63,977 bases of DNA, filler included, from Circinaria calcarea (GCA_051942165.1; 7 parts of 7 records of this genome joined end to end with filler, not necessarily neighbours in it); one strand, 5' to 3'. Shown: positions 35,215-48,032, numbered from the whole stretch's first letter. Made by a program: numbers and translations. Notes: generated from the sequence alone by a model not told the origin.

Positions 35215-36600
35215 ATGACAGACCTGGCTCCTCCTTTGAACGGGAATATGGACCGCGGCCCAATACTGATAGCTGTTCAGGCAGTTATGCTCGGCATTGT
35301 CGTATCTCTTGTGTGCTTGAGAATGTTTGTTAGGATAAAGATTGTCAAGGCCTTGGGTTGGGACGATCTTTTCATCGTGCTCGGAGTAGTAAGTGGAATA
35401 TCCGGTCCGTGATAACTGCAGAGACGAATCGGATGATTAAAAGATCCTAGTTATGCTTTTGTGTTATGCTGTCGTTCCATATAAAAGCAGTTCAACACGG
35501 CTTCGGCAGACAATTCTATTATCTATCCGAAGAGCAACAAATCAAAAGCCTGAAATGGATCCGCCTTATAGGACCTGGATTTATTATTTCGACCACCTTC
35601 ACGAGAATATCAATTTGCTGCTTTATATTTCATCTATTCGCCATCAACCGAACACGGAAGTGGATTTTATATTCTTTTGTTATTTTTATAATCGTATCTA
35701 ACTTGACTGCAATCATCGCTATACTAAGCTACTGCCGCCCAATCCAAAAGTTTATACATCCACTTGTTCCCGGAAAGTGTGTTGGACCGCGAACTCGGAT
35801 TGCAGTTAGTATTTATCAAGGCAGTAAGAAAAACCATTTACTGCTATATCGCACTAGTGTTGACTTATATCGAAGCCGTGGCTCTCATCGCAGATTTATT
35901 TCTCAGTACTTTACCAATTATTTTCCTATGGAACAGCCATATAAGTATTAGGAGCAAAGTAGGCATTTGCTGTCTTATGGGATTAGGTGTATTGTAAGCC
36001 TGCTTGATTCGATTGATGTAATAGTACCTAAGATTCGAAAACGCAGTACTTCAGCCTCTGTCGTTGTTAGAATGGTGATTTACAGTCACTCGGCAAAAAC
36101 AGAAACTGTTACCTGTAAGTCTATCTCCCCCTAACCGAAGTCTACTCTCGAGACTCGAACCGGACTTTGCCAATCCTTTCAGATGACGGGGTGAATGAAG
36201 ATATCTGGATTGGGTGGGGTATCCACTTCTCTGAAAAGAAGAATTTTCTACTGACCTTTACAACGTCAGACTTGAGCCCACCATAGGGATTATCGCCGGA
36301 ACAATCCCAACCTTGCTTCCTCTGTTCCGAAGCTGCGTTAGCAAGCGAAAGAACGGTGGCCACCTTATTGACGACTCCCCCACGCAGCGCCCCAATCACC
36401 CCACAGCGACCAAAGCATTCTTGTTCACGGATTCCTCCCACACAACTCAGGTGCTAAGGGAATCATTTTCCGATTCGCGAACCCTGGACTTTCCAACCAG
36501 TGGCAGCGAGCAAAGCATGACGGTTCCTCTGCACGACCCGGATGGAATTCGGAAGACCACGGAGATCCGTCTGTCCACGTTCCAGGAGCCCCGGCCCTAG
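35215..36600 (+). CDS. Pth11-like (fungal rhodopsin-domain) integral membrane protein, multi-exon
   Basis: DRGPILIAV..LRMFVRIKIVKALGWDD, HGFGRQFYYL, CRPIQK..PGKC, ADLFLSTLP, KVGICCLMGLG, GIIAGTIPTLLPLF. Confidence 0.88.
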
Positions 36601-36817
36601 AAAAACTTGACAGTGTGGGCGGGAACGCAAGCGAAGCTGGGGTGCCCCGGGAAATTACTGGGAACTAGAAAACTAGAACTCTTGAATCTTGAATCTCCCC
36701 TCTCGACTCGACCCGAGGAAAGGCGAGAAGTGCAAACCGTGAACGAAGGCTGAGTGTGTGCGGCGGAAAAAAGGAAAAATCCAGCAGCGACTAAATTGAA
36801 GTTCATAACCCCCTCTC

Positions 36818-36917
36818 NNNNNNNNNNNNNNNNNNNNNNNNNNNNNNNNNNNNNNNNNNNNTTAATTAATTAANNNNNNNNNNNNNNNNNNNNNNNNNNN
36901 NNNNNNNNNNNNNNNNN
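36818..36917. other. Artificial contig linker
   Basis: N44-TTAATTAATTAA-N44. Confidence 0.98.
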
Positions 36918-37369
36918 ACTGCCCTTGCGCTACCATCGAAAAGACCCACGCCGCTTTCAATTGGTTTCGTGATGCCCCACTTTCAGCCTGTGTCTTCATA
37001 GCATAACAGCGCCAGTCTAGGAGGCATTCAACTCGTGGAAATACACCGAAGTCAGTCAACATGAGGCTCCCCTTCATCCTACGCCTCCATCGTCACTTCA
37101 AAATCGCCTTTCTTCTTTCGTAGTAGCTCAACCAGTGGACATGACCAAATCTAGTCATACACCAGACCTTGCCGGGAGAGCGATGAGTTGCGATGCGGTG
37201 GAAGGTATTGCGGGCATCTTGTTATATAAATCTGCAAAGGTAACTTTACAAAGGTCACTTTGGCTGGCAGCGACAACTTTATCGTAGATAGTCGCAGGGA
37301 ATCGTTTACCGAGGAGTAGGCTAATGATTTCACCCTTCAGGTCAATCGGAGTTGGAATCTTATTTGCTT

Positions 37370-40300
37370 CTAATTCAATTTCGAACAATGACGATTACCT
37401 CGTGCATTCCATCCTACCATACTTCGTCGAACGCCGAGAGTTCTCCGTGGGACATTTTCCTTGCTTTGTAGTTGTAAGATGCTGGTGGTGTGAAATGTAG
37501 AAGACGGGCGGATATCACTGTTGACGGTTGCGATACATGGTCCGAGGTTCTCATTTACCTTAATTGGCTTCTGATAAGGTATCGGGGGTGGATGTACCTC
37601 AGCCTCTTTGAGTAGTTCTTGTCCATTTGGCGGTGAGCTAGAAAGGAAGACGTATGGCCTGCTTGTCTGTTCGCTGATGGCCGAGTGTGTTCGTAGGTGA
37701 TTGGTATTTAAGAGTGGTCGGAGGGTATGGCCGGCTAATGACTCTGGAATGATGGATTTCGATCCCAATCGTTTGCGAGGTAGGGTGGTTGATGACACTG
37801 TCGTTAAAGTCTCTGTATCGACTCTGGATTCTCGGTCTTGGGATTTTGTGATTGATCTCGCCGATCTCGATGTTTCTGTCGAGATCGTCGTCTCGCCATT
37901 GCCCTTCTTCGATTCCCATAGTTCTAGAAGGCTCCCTTGATCCCGGGCTATCCTCTTAAATCTTACATCTTCTCCCCGTTTCTGTCTTACTCCGTCGTCT
38001 TTAGGTCTCTTCCGACCCCTTGCTTCCTCTTGCTTGACGTGTTGTAGGTGTGAGTTCGCTGTGACGAAGCCTATTGAGGTCATGGCTGTAGGGTGTGTAT
38101 GTCGAGTGCTCGGTTCATCCGCAATCTTCGTGATACCACTATACCTCCCGGTGTGCGTGGAATATAGAATTGAGGTTGTTCTATCATGCTTGCTCCATTT
38201 GGTTTCTACCGCCTTCGGATCTTGTTCACCATCAAGGGGCCACAGACTATCTTCCATGTTTTCGACATCCCTGGCTTTATACTCGATGGCCTGCTGTGAC
38301 GGATACTTACGACGTAGGATATATGAGATATCTTGGATGACGCTTGATCCTATCGAGGGGCCTTTGTTGGTCAAATAAAAAGCGACTTTTTTGGAGGACA
38401 GGAACGGTGATATGGTTGTTTCTTCTCCCATTGAATTCCTCACTGGGCAGCTCATATACAGCAAAGCCTGAGCTCGTGTCATGGCTACATACAGTAACCT
38501 TCTCTCCTCATCCGTGTCTTCCGCTCTTGAATGGGGTATTGAGCCTTCGTAGGCAGATGGGATGAAAACACAAGGCCATTCTAAACCTTTGGCTGCGTGG
38601 ATGGTTGATATCGTGATCTTTTCATGTCGACCGCTTCTCCGATTAACCTCATCATCACGTTGTATTTCTGAGGATAAGGCAATGTTAGCGAGGAATTTCG
38701 AAAGGGCTTCTTCGGCTTCGTTGCCAACTTCCTGCACTAGCCCATCAATGTATGGAAGTACTTCTTCATCTGCATCTTCCTCAGAAGAGTTGGGATCTTG
38801 GGCGAGTTGGGGTAAGTCAGATGCTTGTGCGAGTAGTTCTTCAACGTTTGCCCAGCGAGCTTCATGGTCTTCGGAGTAAGACTTCTCAAGATATTCTTGG
38901 AAGTCAATTCTCTTCATGACATATTCAAGAATTAGGCGTGGTGGATGAGGGTTCTCGATGTCCAGAGTTTTCTTCCTGGCTGTAAGTATAATGTTTATGA
39001 GAGAGTTAAGACCTTGCTCTGCTGATTTAGAGATTTTTGTTTTGGGTGTGATATGTCCCTGTACTGCATCTCTTGCCAGGCTCCAAAGGGTCATTGCTTT
39101 TGCGTCTGCCTCTTCTAGCAGCGATTTGATAGTTACATCTCCGATTCGTCGAGAGGGCACGTTGACAATGCGTGCAAGTGCGTTACTATTATCGGGTTGA
39201 CTGATAACTCGAAGATAGTCCAAAAGTATCTTTATTTCGATACGATCAAAGAATCTTTGGCCCCCAACCATGCAATAAGGTATCCCAGCTTTGCCCATTG
39301 CTGATTCGATATGACGTGAAAGGGAAGCGGATCGAAGGAGGATGGCAAAGTCGGAGAGGGAAAGAAGATCCCCGGTTAATCCAATCGTCCTTTGTATCTC
39401 AGATACTATCCATGCTGCTTCTATGGCCGCGGATGGTAGTCGGCGAAGAACGGGCGTTGTACCCGGGCAATGCGTTGGTAGAAGCGGTTTTGGTGGCCGG
39501 GAATCATCTTGCTGAATGAGTTCAAGCGCTGCAAGTAGAATCCCTCCAGAAGATCGATAATTGTCCTCAAGGTGGATGACAAGGGTATCAGGGTACTGCC
39601 TCTGCATTCTCTTGAGATTCTCTATTTCTGCAGAACGCCATCCATAGATGCTTTGATCTGGATCACCCACGGTTGTAATGCGCTTGTTCTTCGCTGCAAA
39701 CAGCCTCATTAAATCGAATTGTATCAAGTTCGTGTCCTGGAATTCGTCAATGAGGACTACTTCAACGTTGGAGACGCAGGTTGGATGCTGTCGGAGGAGG
39801 TCAACGCAACGTAACAACAAGTCGTCGTAGTCGAGGAGGTTCGAGGTGGCGAGATGGTCTTGGTAGGCTTCGAAGACTGTGATGAACTGTTGCTGGTCCA
39901 CATTACTCTTCTTAGCGGCGCCGAGGCGTAATTCTGCACATCCGATGCTTCGGGCCTTCGAGCAAGATATGCGTGTACGAGCAGCCTTGGGATCGATGCT
40001 GAGTTTCAATCGTTTGACGATTCGGTTGATGATAGAAATGCTATCGGCGCTATCAGCGATACCAAAGCCTTTGCGAATCCCGATCAGGTGGCCATAGGTA
40101 ACAAGGTATCGTCGACACACGGAGTGAAAAGTTCCTAGGACGATCTTTGCTTCTAGCCCGTTGCCAATAAGCTTTGCAATTCTTTCCTTCATTTCCTTTG
40201 CACTTTTGATGGTGAATGTGAGACAGATTACGTTCCATGGCTGATAGTTTTGGTGGGATAATAAGTAGGCGACACGCGAAGTCAATGTCTTTGTCTTTCC

Positions 40301-40393
40301 GGATCCCGGGGGGGCGAGGATCTGAAGAACAGATGCAGGAGACGTGACTGCGCTTTTCTGGGCGGCATTGAGACCATCCAAGATCGAATCCAT
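37370..40393 (-). CDS. srs2: UvrD/Rep-family DNA helicase Srs2
   Basis: LNAAQ, APPGSGKT, IDEFQDTN, VGDPDQSIYGWR, NYRSS, STIHAAKGLEW, EERRLLYVAMTRA. Confidence 0.93.
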   Translation of the reverse strand: MDSILDGLNAAQKSAVTSPASVLQILAPPGSGKTKTLTSRVAYLLSHQNYQPWNVICLTFTIKSAKEMKERIAKLIGNGLEAKIVLGTFHSVCRRYLVTYGHLIGIRKGFGIADSADSISIINRIVKRLKLSIDPKAARTRISCSKARSIGCAELRLGAAKKSNVDQQQFITVFEAYQDHLATSNLLDYDDLLLRCVDLLRQHPTCVSNVEVVLIDEFQDTNLIQFDLMRLFAAKNKRITTVGDPDQSIYGWRSAEIENLKRMQRQYPDTLVIHLEDNYRSSGGILLAALELIQQDDSRPPKPLLPTHCPGTTPVLRRLPSAAIEAAWIVSEIQRTIGLTGDLLSLSDFAILLRSASLSRHIESAMGKAGIPYCMVGGQRFFDRIEIKILLDYLRVISQPDNSNALARIVNVPSRRIGDVTIKSLLEEADAKAMTLWSLARDAVQGHITPKTKISKSAEQGLNSLINIILTARKKTLDIENPHPPRLILEYVMKRIDFQEYLEKSYSEDHEARWANVEELLAQASDLPQLAQDPNSSEEDADEEVLPYIDGLVQEVGNEAEEALSKFLANIALSSEIQRDDEVNRRSGRHEKITISTIHAAKGLEWPCVFIPSAYEGSIPHSRAEDTDEERRLLYVAMTRAQALLYMSCPVRNSMGEETTISPFLSSKKVAFYLTNKGPSIGSSVIQDISYILRRKYPSQQAIEYKARDVENMEDSLWPLDGEQDPKAVETKWSKHDRTTSILYSTHTGRYSGITKIADEPSTRHTHPTAMTSIGFVTANSHLQHVKQEEARGRKRPKDDGVRQKRGEDVRFKRIARDQGSLLELWESKKGNGETTISTETSRSARSITKSQDRESRVDTETLTTVSSTTLPRKRLGSKSIIPESLAGHTLRPLLNTNHLRTHSAISEQTSRPYVFLSSSPPNGQELLKEAEVHPPPIPYQKPIKVNENLGPCIATVNSDIRPSSTFHTTSILQLQSKENVPRRTLGVRRSMVGWNARGNRHCSKLN

Positions 40394-40594
40394 GGGAATG
40401 ACAAGATGCCGTTGGATTCAATCTTAACGAGTTCCTCGAGGGGATTGTGAAGAGGGGTGGAAGGCGGGAGACGCGATTAGCTGCGGTTCGTGTTAGCGTC
40501 ACTCGCGAAATCATGTGATGACGGAGTTCATCTCCACCGACCACACACTGATCACTTTATTCCTGTTCTCACTTACCGGCTGAACGTCGCATTG

Positions 40595-42824
40595 TTAGGA
40601 GCGCCTGAAGAAGAGCAGATATGGCTGTTCTTCATCGCCTTCGTCGACCTCATCCATTGTTACCTTCTTCACCTCGTGGTCGTTAAACCGCCACCATTGC
40701 TTCCCGTGCTTGACATATGCGAGGTAGTGTCCTGTCTTCAAACTACAGATTATCAGTCTTACAGGTTTGGGCTCTTCTGAGGAATATTCAACTTACAGCT
40801 TTCCTCTATGCTTGATAGCCGCATATAGCTCATACGACGACTCTGCCACATCACCCGATATGCCTCCCTCTCCACAAACGCTTAGATCAACCTTATCTTT
40901 GGGCAGATCCACTTTGCTGAAGAGCTTCTCAACTCTATTCTCGACAACGTGAGCCCGCTGAAGGCGCATTATCAAACGTTTGGGGGCTTTCTCCAGCCAT
41001 TCGGTGTTCGACTGACTGCAAATCTTCCCGCAATTCCCGCAGAGGACATCATCATCGTCCCATTTCTGCATCCGCCCTTTCACGCAGTTGGCTACTGTCG
41101 TAGCTTCATCCTGCTGTGTCAGGCCAATCTGGAGAATCCAGAAATTTTCTCGCCGTTCTTTGGTGTTCCCGCATCCTCGGCATTCAAGCTGTAGGGATTA
41201 GAATTCCTGTTTTATCACTGCTGGTGAAAACGTACCTTGATTCCTGTTGAACCCTGGTACAAGCTTTCAACGACGCTCTCCTGTTGGGATGTGGCCTCTG
41301 ACCCTTCACCTATGCTTGCTGCTAGTGCAGTAGTGGTATGGTGCTCTTCACGAAGTTGGTCAAACAGCTCGGTAAGGAACTGTTCAGGGTCTTGTTCCTC
41401 CGACCCTCCGAAGCCGGGCTTCAGATACCCATATGCTTGGCACAACATGAAAGGCGACACATAACCTTCAGTCACAACATCACCCCTGAGGTTCTCAAGA
41501 AGCTCCCCCAGATAAGCCCCAATAAAACTTTGTTCTTGTTAGCACGTGCGTAAACTTGCAAGATCGCATACTTACACGTCGTCTTTTGGGATCTTCATGA
41601 ATGCAGCCTTTACTCGCTCCTTGGTGGCAGCTGTTTGTCTTGTCTTTTTACCTTTAGAGGCCGCCATCACAGCTGCATCTTTCGAGTCCAGCGCCGAAGT
41701 ACCATCCATGACCTTCCCTCTTAGCAGGCGGTACTCATCGGCGAGATCAGTTGCAAGGCACTGGACTGCAGCACTCAAGAAACAGTTTGCCCCGTCATTC
41801 AAGAGGCCCTTCGGGGCCTGCGGCACCAACGTATCTTGTACACAGATCGTGCTCTTCTCCTGCTCCCGGGCTAGGGTCTCCATAGGCTCTCTAGAAAGTG
41901 ATTCCTTTGATAGACCCTCTGAAAAACCCTCTGGACCTGTGAGAGTTAACTCCACCTTCGAATTGTCAGCATGTCTTCTTCAGTGGCCACTCTCCCGACG
42001 GATGACTTGGGATGTGCCCCCGCGTCTAATTCACTGACCTTTACTGGCAACTTGCTCTCATATATATTCACCTCTTCTCGGATGGTTGTAGGCTACGTGA
42101 AGTCAGCTTAGGTATCAAATGTTAAGTTTGTTGGAAAGCTTACTGCTCGAGATGTGCTTTGTGCCGCTCCTGAGAGGAATAGTTTGAGCCGGTATCCAGG
42201 TATCTTTAGGACTAGTGGCTTTGAGCGGCCGTTCTGTACAGGTTCTACCTGCGACTTGACATTAGCAGCTTGTATACTGATTCTATCCTGGGTACTTACC
42301 TTTGACTTTTTCGTTGGCTTTGCTCTTGTCGCTTCTTCCTCCGCTTTCCTCTTCCTTGCATTGGTTTTGCCATTGGCCTTAGCCAGCTCCTCCGGTCCCT
42401 TCTTCGGAGCTCGATTCTCTTCTATGAATGTGTGTCCCGATGAAGCCGCGCCCTTTGTCTTCTTCGCACTGGTCGTGGGACATTTGGCACCGGCCTTAGC
42501 CTGCTCCTCTGGTACTTTCTTCTGAGTCATGTTTTCTCTTATATACTTATCTCCCGACGAAGGTGATGCCTTTCTCTTCTTCCTAGGTCTCTCTACGTCG
42601 TCCTCAATCTCTAATTTTCTTTTCGCTTTTAGAGCTAGATTGTGCTCATAGTCCTCCTTAACCACCCAATCCCGACGCTTGATCAAGTCAAAAATTGAAA
42701 AAGATATAGGGGTTAGACGTCTTACTTTGGTCTCCTTCTCTCTCTGCAACTTCTTGGCCTCCTTAGCATGTTTCTCATTCACAAGCTTTAGTAGTCGAGC
42801 ACGTCGTTCCTCGCTAGTAGCCAT
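40595..42824 (-). CDS. Ubiquitin-specific protease (peptidase C19) with Lys-rich N-terminus, multi-exon
   Basis: Cys box GLLNDGANCFLSAAVQCL, EQDPEQFL, CGNCG, LIMRLQR, YELYAAIKHRG, His box GHYLAYVK..WWRFNDHEV..PYLLFFRR. Confidence 0.85.
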
Positions 42825-42912
42825 TTTGTTGTATGGTTGCTCTATGTGCTTCGGACTTGTCTTATGTTGTAGAGAGTTATCGTTTGGGTTGACGTTTGAT
42901 CGTGGAAATTGC

Positions 42913-43001
42913 AAGGTGGTTGGGTATGAAAGATGTTAGAGTGCGTTGAAGAAAAAGGTGGTTCAGTATGAAAGATGTTAAAGTGCGTTGAAGAAAAAGG
43001 T
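42913..43001 (+). repeat. 42-bp tandem duplication in USP upstream region
   Basis: aaggtggttgggtatgaaagatgttagagtgcgttgaagaaa / aaggtggttcagtatgaaagatgttaaagtgcgttgaagaaa. Confidence 0.85.
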
Positions 43002-43983
43002 CGAGGAAGTGTTTAAAAGAGCATTGGTGTAAACCTCCACGCTAGTATACAGCTTATTGTCCGCCATCCTATTTAATGCTTATTTCTAACACAATGGGAT
43101 TCACTACTGAGGTGACTGTGGTTCCCCTGTGTTGAGAAGCCATGACGCATTACTAATAGACAACAGTCCATGTTTACATTATTGAGTATCTATTGTACCC
43201 TTGGGAACACTATTCTGTGGGTGTTGTGCTGTTTTTTGGTCATGCATTCACACTGTCACTTCCATTATGCTGTTAGGACAATCATATTTTACTATCTAAG
43301 TAAGTTATTGGCAATGCTGATGGACCTTGACATGACCCAGTGCTCGCCCACCATAATTTTGTCAACAGAGTCCAGAACCTAATACAATGCCATGGCAACT
43401 TGACTAAAAGAGTCTCGCAAAGCCATTGCAACAGTAGAGTATTCTGTATCATTTAAAAGTGATCGCTCCATACCCCAATGGTCCGATTTCAGTTCTTTCC
43501 ACCATCTCGACCTGACGCATAACAGAATTTCAGTAGATCCAGCAAAAACCTAAATCTGCCATTTGTATAGATTCTCCCGTAAGTGACTTGACCAACTATT
43601 GCTCTTGAGATTTGTATACGCGTCGTACTCGCAGCTCTACCACATCAGCCCTATCATATCTGTCGAATTCATGCTCTATAGTCTTGGAATTCAAGTATTT
43701 AGTCCCATTATGCAGGCAGCCTGCCGTCCAATCGCGAATCCATTGTCCAATCATGTCTATCTCGGGCGCTTATGCGGCTCTTCCCGTCCGCTATAAACGC
43801 CTCCAAATGCCACCTCCACGATTTCCTTTCCCCACCCACAGGACCTTCAAAAGGCAAACCCCTCGATCTTGAACCGACGGATAACCTTCTTTATTACCTA
43901 CTTTGTGTCCTCTACCAGTCCACACCTCCACCGACCTTTCCACTAACCGAGTCCCACTTCTTGCAATCACCATCTCTTTTACA

Positions 43984-44560
43984 ATGCGCCTCCTCTCCCT
44001 CGCCACCGTCCTGCCCCTCCTCCTCACCCTCGCGGCCGCCTCCCCCCAAGTCGAAACCGAGTACATCACCACAAACACCTGCACGCGCAAAAGCAAAGCC
44101 GGCGACAAGATCGACGTGCATTACCGCGGTACTTTGGCCAGTGACGGGACCGAGTTCGACGCGAGTTATGAACGCGGGCAGCCGTTGAGTTTTACAGTGG
44201 GTAAGGGAATGGTTATTAGGGGGTAAGTCTTGCTGGAAATTGGGAGGGAGAATGTAGGCGAAAGAAGGAGAGGGGGGGTAAAAGGAAAGGGGAAGGAAAA
44301 ACGGGAGCTAATGGGATTACAGATGGGATGAGGGATTGTTGGATATGTGCATTGGGGATAAGCGCAAGTTGACCATTCCGCCGGAGTTTGGCTATGGAGA
44401 GAGGGCTATGGGGCCGATACCGGCGGGGGCGACGTTGAGTACGCGACGCTCTTATTGTTTGAGATGCGAAGGGACTGAAGGGCTAATGCGATTTTTGCGT
44501 GTTGCAGTATTCGAAACCGAGTTAGTGGGGATTGAAGGTGTAGAGAAGGATGAGTTGTAA
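43984..44560 (+). CDS. fpr2: ER FKBP-type peptidyl-prolyl isomerase (FKBP13/Fpr2), 3 exons
   Basis: Signal peptide, [43 protein letters not shown]-terminal KDEL. Confidence 0.94.
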
Positions 44561-45789
44561 GGATACTTGAGAGGGGGGGTTGGGGTTGGACAAGGAAGGA
44601 AATACTGTTCAGTATGGTAGCAAGTCGGAGATTGAAGATATAGAAACCTGTTAGATAAAGCGAAGGAGATAGCATGATCAAAGTTCGCCCCTTTACTGCC
44701 AAGTCTCCCATTTCTCTGCCAAACGCCAGACTATGGAGCAAAATCCACTGAACAGCTCCAAGCGCCTAAGGCGGGAATGTGTCCAGCAACTTTTACTCCG
44801 CACTCATACTTCTGTAGAGGGTCTGTCTAGCTAGATCTTTGCCTTGATGAGGGCCTAACCTCACAAATTCCGAAACAATAAAACCTCCCTCCCGCATACC
44901 ATACTCCTAAATACTTAACGGTGCTCCATCCATCAGATCCCCCCCCCCCAACGGCAACAAACCTTGCAATACCCACTACTCATTCTCACAACCAGCTAAC
45001 TCTCCACTCTCGGGCACTGGGACGAAGACCCCATTTCCCGATTTAAAAAATTTCCCAAGGGATGGAAGCAATGAACGTATTTCCCAGCACCGGCACCGGC
45101 ACTACTATCTAAATCTGCATGGTAAAAGTTTTATTTGAAGTTAAGGAGGTAGGCAGGGGCTTGGGTCTTGGGTCTTGGGATACGCCGGAAGGGGAAAAGG
45201 GAAAAGATGCCGGGAAAAGGGGGGTGGGTGTGTTAGGTGCAGACCGAACCTAGGGTTTGAACGAGGCTCCTTCCTTCCCCATGAATCGCTCTCCTATCTT
45301 GTAACTTCTCCCCCCACTTTTCCACATCTTCCGTGAGTTAGCTGTGTTTGTCTTTTTGTTTTGTTTTGTTTTTTGCCTATTTTCCCCTCATTCGCTAGAA
45401 GATGATTTGCTAGAAGCTGTCCCGGTGCGAAAGGTGAGCGACGTTGCGAGGGAAGGCTTTTTCGCCTTCGCGGAGTAGTAGTGGAGGGGGCTATGTCAGG
45501 ATAAGTCGAAGGCATGTTGGAAGATGCCGATTAGGGGAAAGGCGGATGCAAGTTTTGGAATTTTATGTCTGGAGCTTGCAAATGGCACTCTTAGTAGAAG
45601 TGCACGGTTGACTTGTATAGTCAATGCCAGGCCGATCGAGGAAGTACGAGTATGCATTCGGGTATCATTTCTATCGTCTATCATGCTCTTGCTAAGTCTT
45701 TCTTGGTAAGGCTCCTCTAATCCCGTCTCTTTAAAACTCGATGTGATCTCGCTTCCCCAATATGACGGCTTCGTTCGGCGTATGTCGCA

Positions 45790-46038
45790 TCAATCCATCT
45801 CCTCCAACTGCCCTCCTCTCACCTCCTCCTCCTCCCCGACCATGATACCCACCAAACACTCCCCCAACATACCCTCCCAATTTACCCACGGATGAATCTC
45901 CAAAAACAGCTTCTCTGCCTCCCCAACCTTCCCGGCGCCCCTCATCAACTGATCTTCACCTCCTGGGTGGAATTTCAGATAAGGTGTGAGATTGTAGACT
46001 TTTCCTTGCCAGGTGCTCCATGCATCTCTTCCTTTGCG
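45790..46038 (-). CDS. Cytochrome b5-like heme/steroid-binding protein (Irc21-like), 3' end only
   Basis: Own translation: DAWSTWQGKVYNLTPYLKFHPGGEDQLMRGAGK..LFLEIHPWVNWEGMLGECLVG. Confidence 0.85.
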   Translation of the reverse strand, partial: RKGRDAWSTWQGKVYNLTPYLKFHPGGEDQLMRGAGKVGEAEKLFLEIHPWVNWEGMLGECLVGIMVGEEEEVRGGQLEEMD

Positions 46039-46138
46039 NNNNNNNNNNNNNNNNNNNNNNNNNNNNNNNNNNNNNNNNNNNNTTAATTAATTAANNNNNN
46101 NNNNNNNNNNNNNNNNNNNNNNNNNNNNNNNNNNNNNN
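46039..46138. other. Artificial contig linker
   Basis: N44-TTAATTAATTAA-N44. Confidence 0.98.
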
Positions 46139-46602
46139 GCCTTCAGCTTGAGAGCTAGTAAAGCAGCATCTATCTCGTCGAGGTTGGACAAGTTGGCATC
46201 TATTGCTGGGGTTCCAGATTGGCCCTGGGATTCTCTGCTTTCGGCCTGTTTCTTTTTCTTTTGGTTCTTCTTCCTTGACCGTCCTACGGTAAGAGGACTA
46301 GCGTTACTAAGTGATGTGTTGGGGTCTTTCTGCTTGTCTGATTCTATCGTAGTATTGTCCTCCGCGTCAGTGGATCTTGCTGTTTGTGAGTCTTCAACAG
46401 TATCTCCTTCATCCGCTCCGGTCAAGTTGAGCACATCAAACGCATTGAATTTCTTTGTCAGTGAGCTCTCCAGCTCTGCGCCCTCGTTTCTGTCATCGTC
46501 CGATCCCTCCAGTTCTCTGTCTTCTTGGGGACTTGCGAGTCGCTGTTGCTGTTGCTGTTCCTCTTGCTCCCGCTGAAGCTTTCTTAAGGCTCTGGAGGAC
46601 AT
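46139..46602 (-). CDS. rqc1: Ribosome quality control subunit Rqc1/TCF25, N-terminus (3' truncated)
   Basis: MSSRALRKLQRE, FNAFDVLN, poly-Lys stretch, LDEIDAALLAL. Confidence 0.7.
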
Positions 46603-48032
46603 GCTGGCTATTGATTTGACTGGATTTCTCAAATGACCAGACCTGAGCGTGAAGTGTTGGCTAAGCTGTAAACTGAGGGATGAACGTCTGGACGCGTCCA
46701 CTAAATGTGACGCATAGTTATGACAATCTTCATCGATTTGGAATTACGCTAAGATAAGGACCTGTAATCGATTGTGGAAGCGAGGAATAAGCTGAAGGGA
46801 CAGCCGGGGTCTCACAAATCTAGAGGCGAAAAAGTTAGCGAGCCATCACGGTCAGGCTGGCAAACACTTTTGATCAAATGTGAATGGTAAGGTTACCGGC
46901 TAGTTACTAGTAAGCTACTAGCAGCCAGCCTGAGCACAATAGAGCGGCGTCAAGGGGATAGCGAAAATATTGTTTCTCACCGCCATTTAGTCTTGACGTT
47001 CGCGAACTCCGCAGACTCCAAGCATTTTACTGCCTCGACATAATCACTTAATAAATCTAATTAATTGCTATGAAATTAATTATTAATAATCCGCCTAATA
47101 GTCATCTGTTTACCGCCGGGCTTAAATGGGCCTTTTTTTATTTATCCCGACCTAGGCATCTCATGAACTTTTTTATTTACTGTGTTTTATATTATTAAAC
47201 TGGCCTGCTCAGCCATCCTCACTTCTATAACTTCCGGTTTATTGTATGTGTTTGCATCATTCCGCCTCTATTGAACCCTTCCCAACCATCTTTCAGCCAG
47301 TCTTGGGAGCTGTGATATACTGAATGCCTCACCGGAAGCCTTCATTGACATACAGAAACATCCACTGGAAAAACAAGCACAGGGACTGCAGCGAGGTAAG
47401 ACCTTTCTGTCGAAGCCAAATGGCCTAAAACCGCGTGGCGCGACTTTGTCGCCCAGTCTTCCAGCTTTCGGGTAGGGGTTAAACCTGATGGACGGGAGGA
47501 CAACCTCTGTTCAAGTGACGAGTACTTGAGCTTCCTCTACGCAACTTGAAATAGCATGTACCGTATCCCGGTCTGGTCAAATACAAAGTGAGCATCTCTC
47601 GCAAGCTAAACTAAGCAGATTCGCATTGAGGGACTTATGGCGGGGCAACTCTTCCCGAGAGCTAGTATGCCTTGGCAAGGCCGACGAATTCGAGATCTGC
47701 TGGACATCCCCTCTTCTTTGTTCTTCTCTGAGTGGTGTGCTGTTAACTTCCCAGTGTATATATACGTTTCCCCGTACGAGAACCTGATGGCAAGATGCCA
47801 AGTCAATACAAGTTTTTTGGCAATTTCTAGCTGCCGACGCCAGGGCACCTCAATACAGAGGGGCTGAGGAGTCTGCGGGAAGTCCAATTGGTTAGTCTAC
47901 ATCCCAGCCGATAGTGTCCTATGTCCCACCTGAGATGCCCTTATTCTTCGGTGGTTCTCTGGGGTTTGCTGGTGGAGCCTTTTTCTTCCTCTGATAGCCT
48001 CCAGGCAATGCTAACTTCACTGTCTTTTTTAG

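Noticed and set aside
45790..46602. rqc1 N-terminus and cytochrome b5 domain as one fused gene
   Set aside because: Separated by a linker; two unrelated truncated genes
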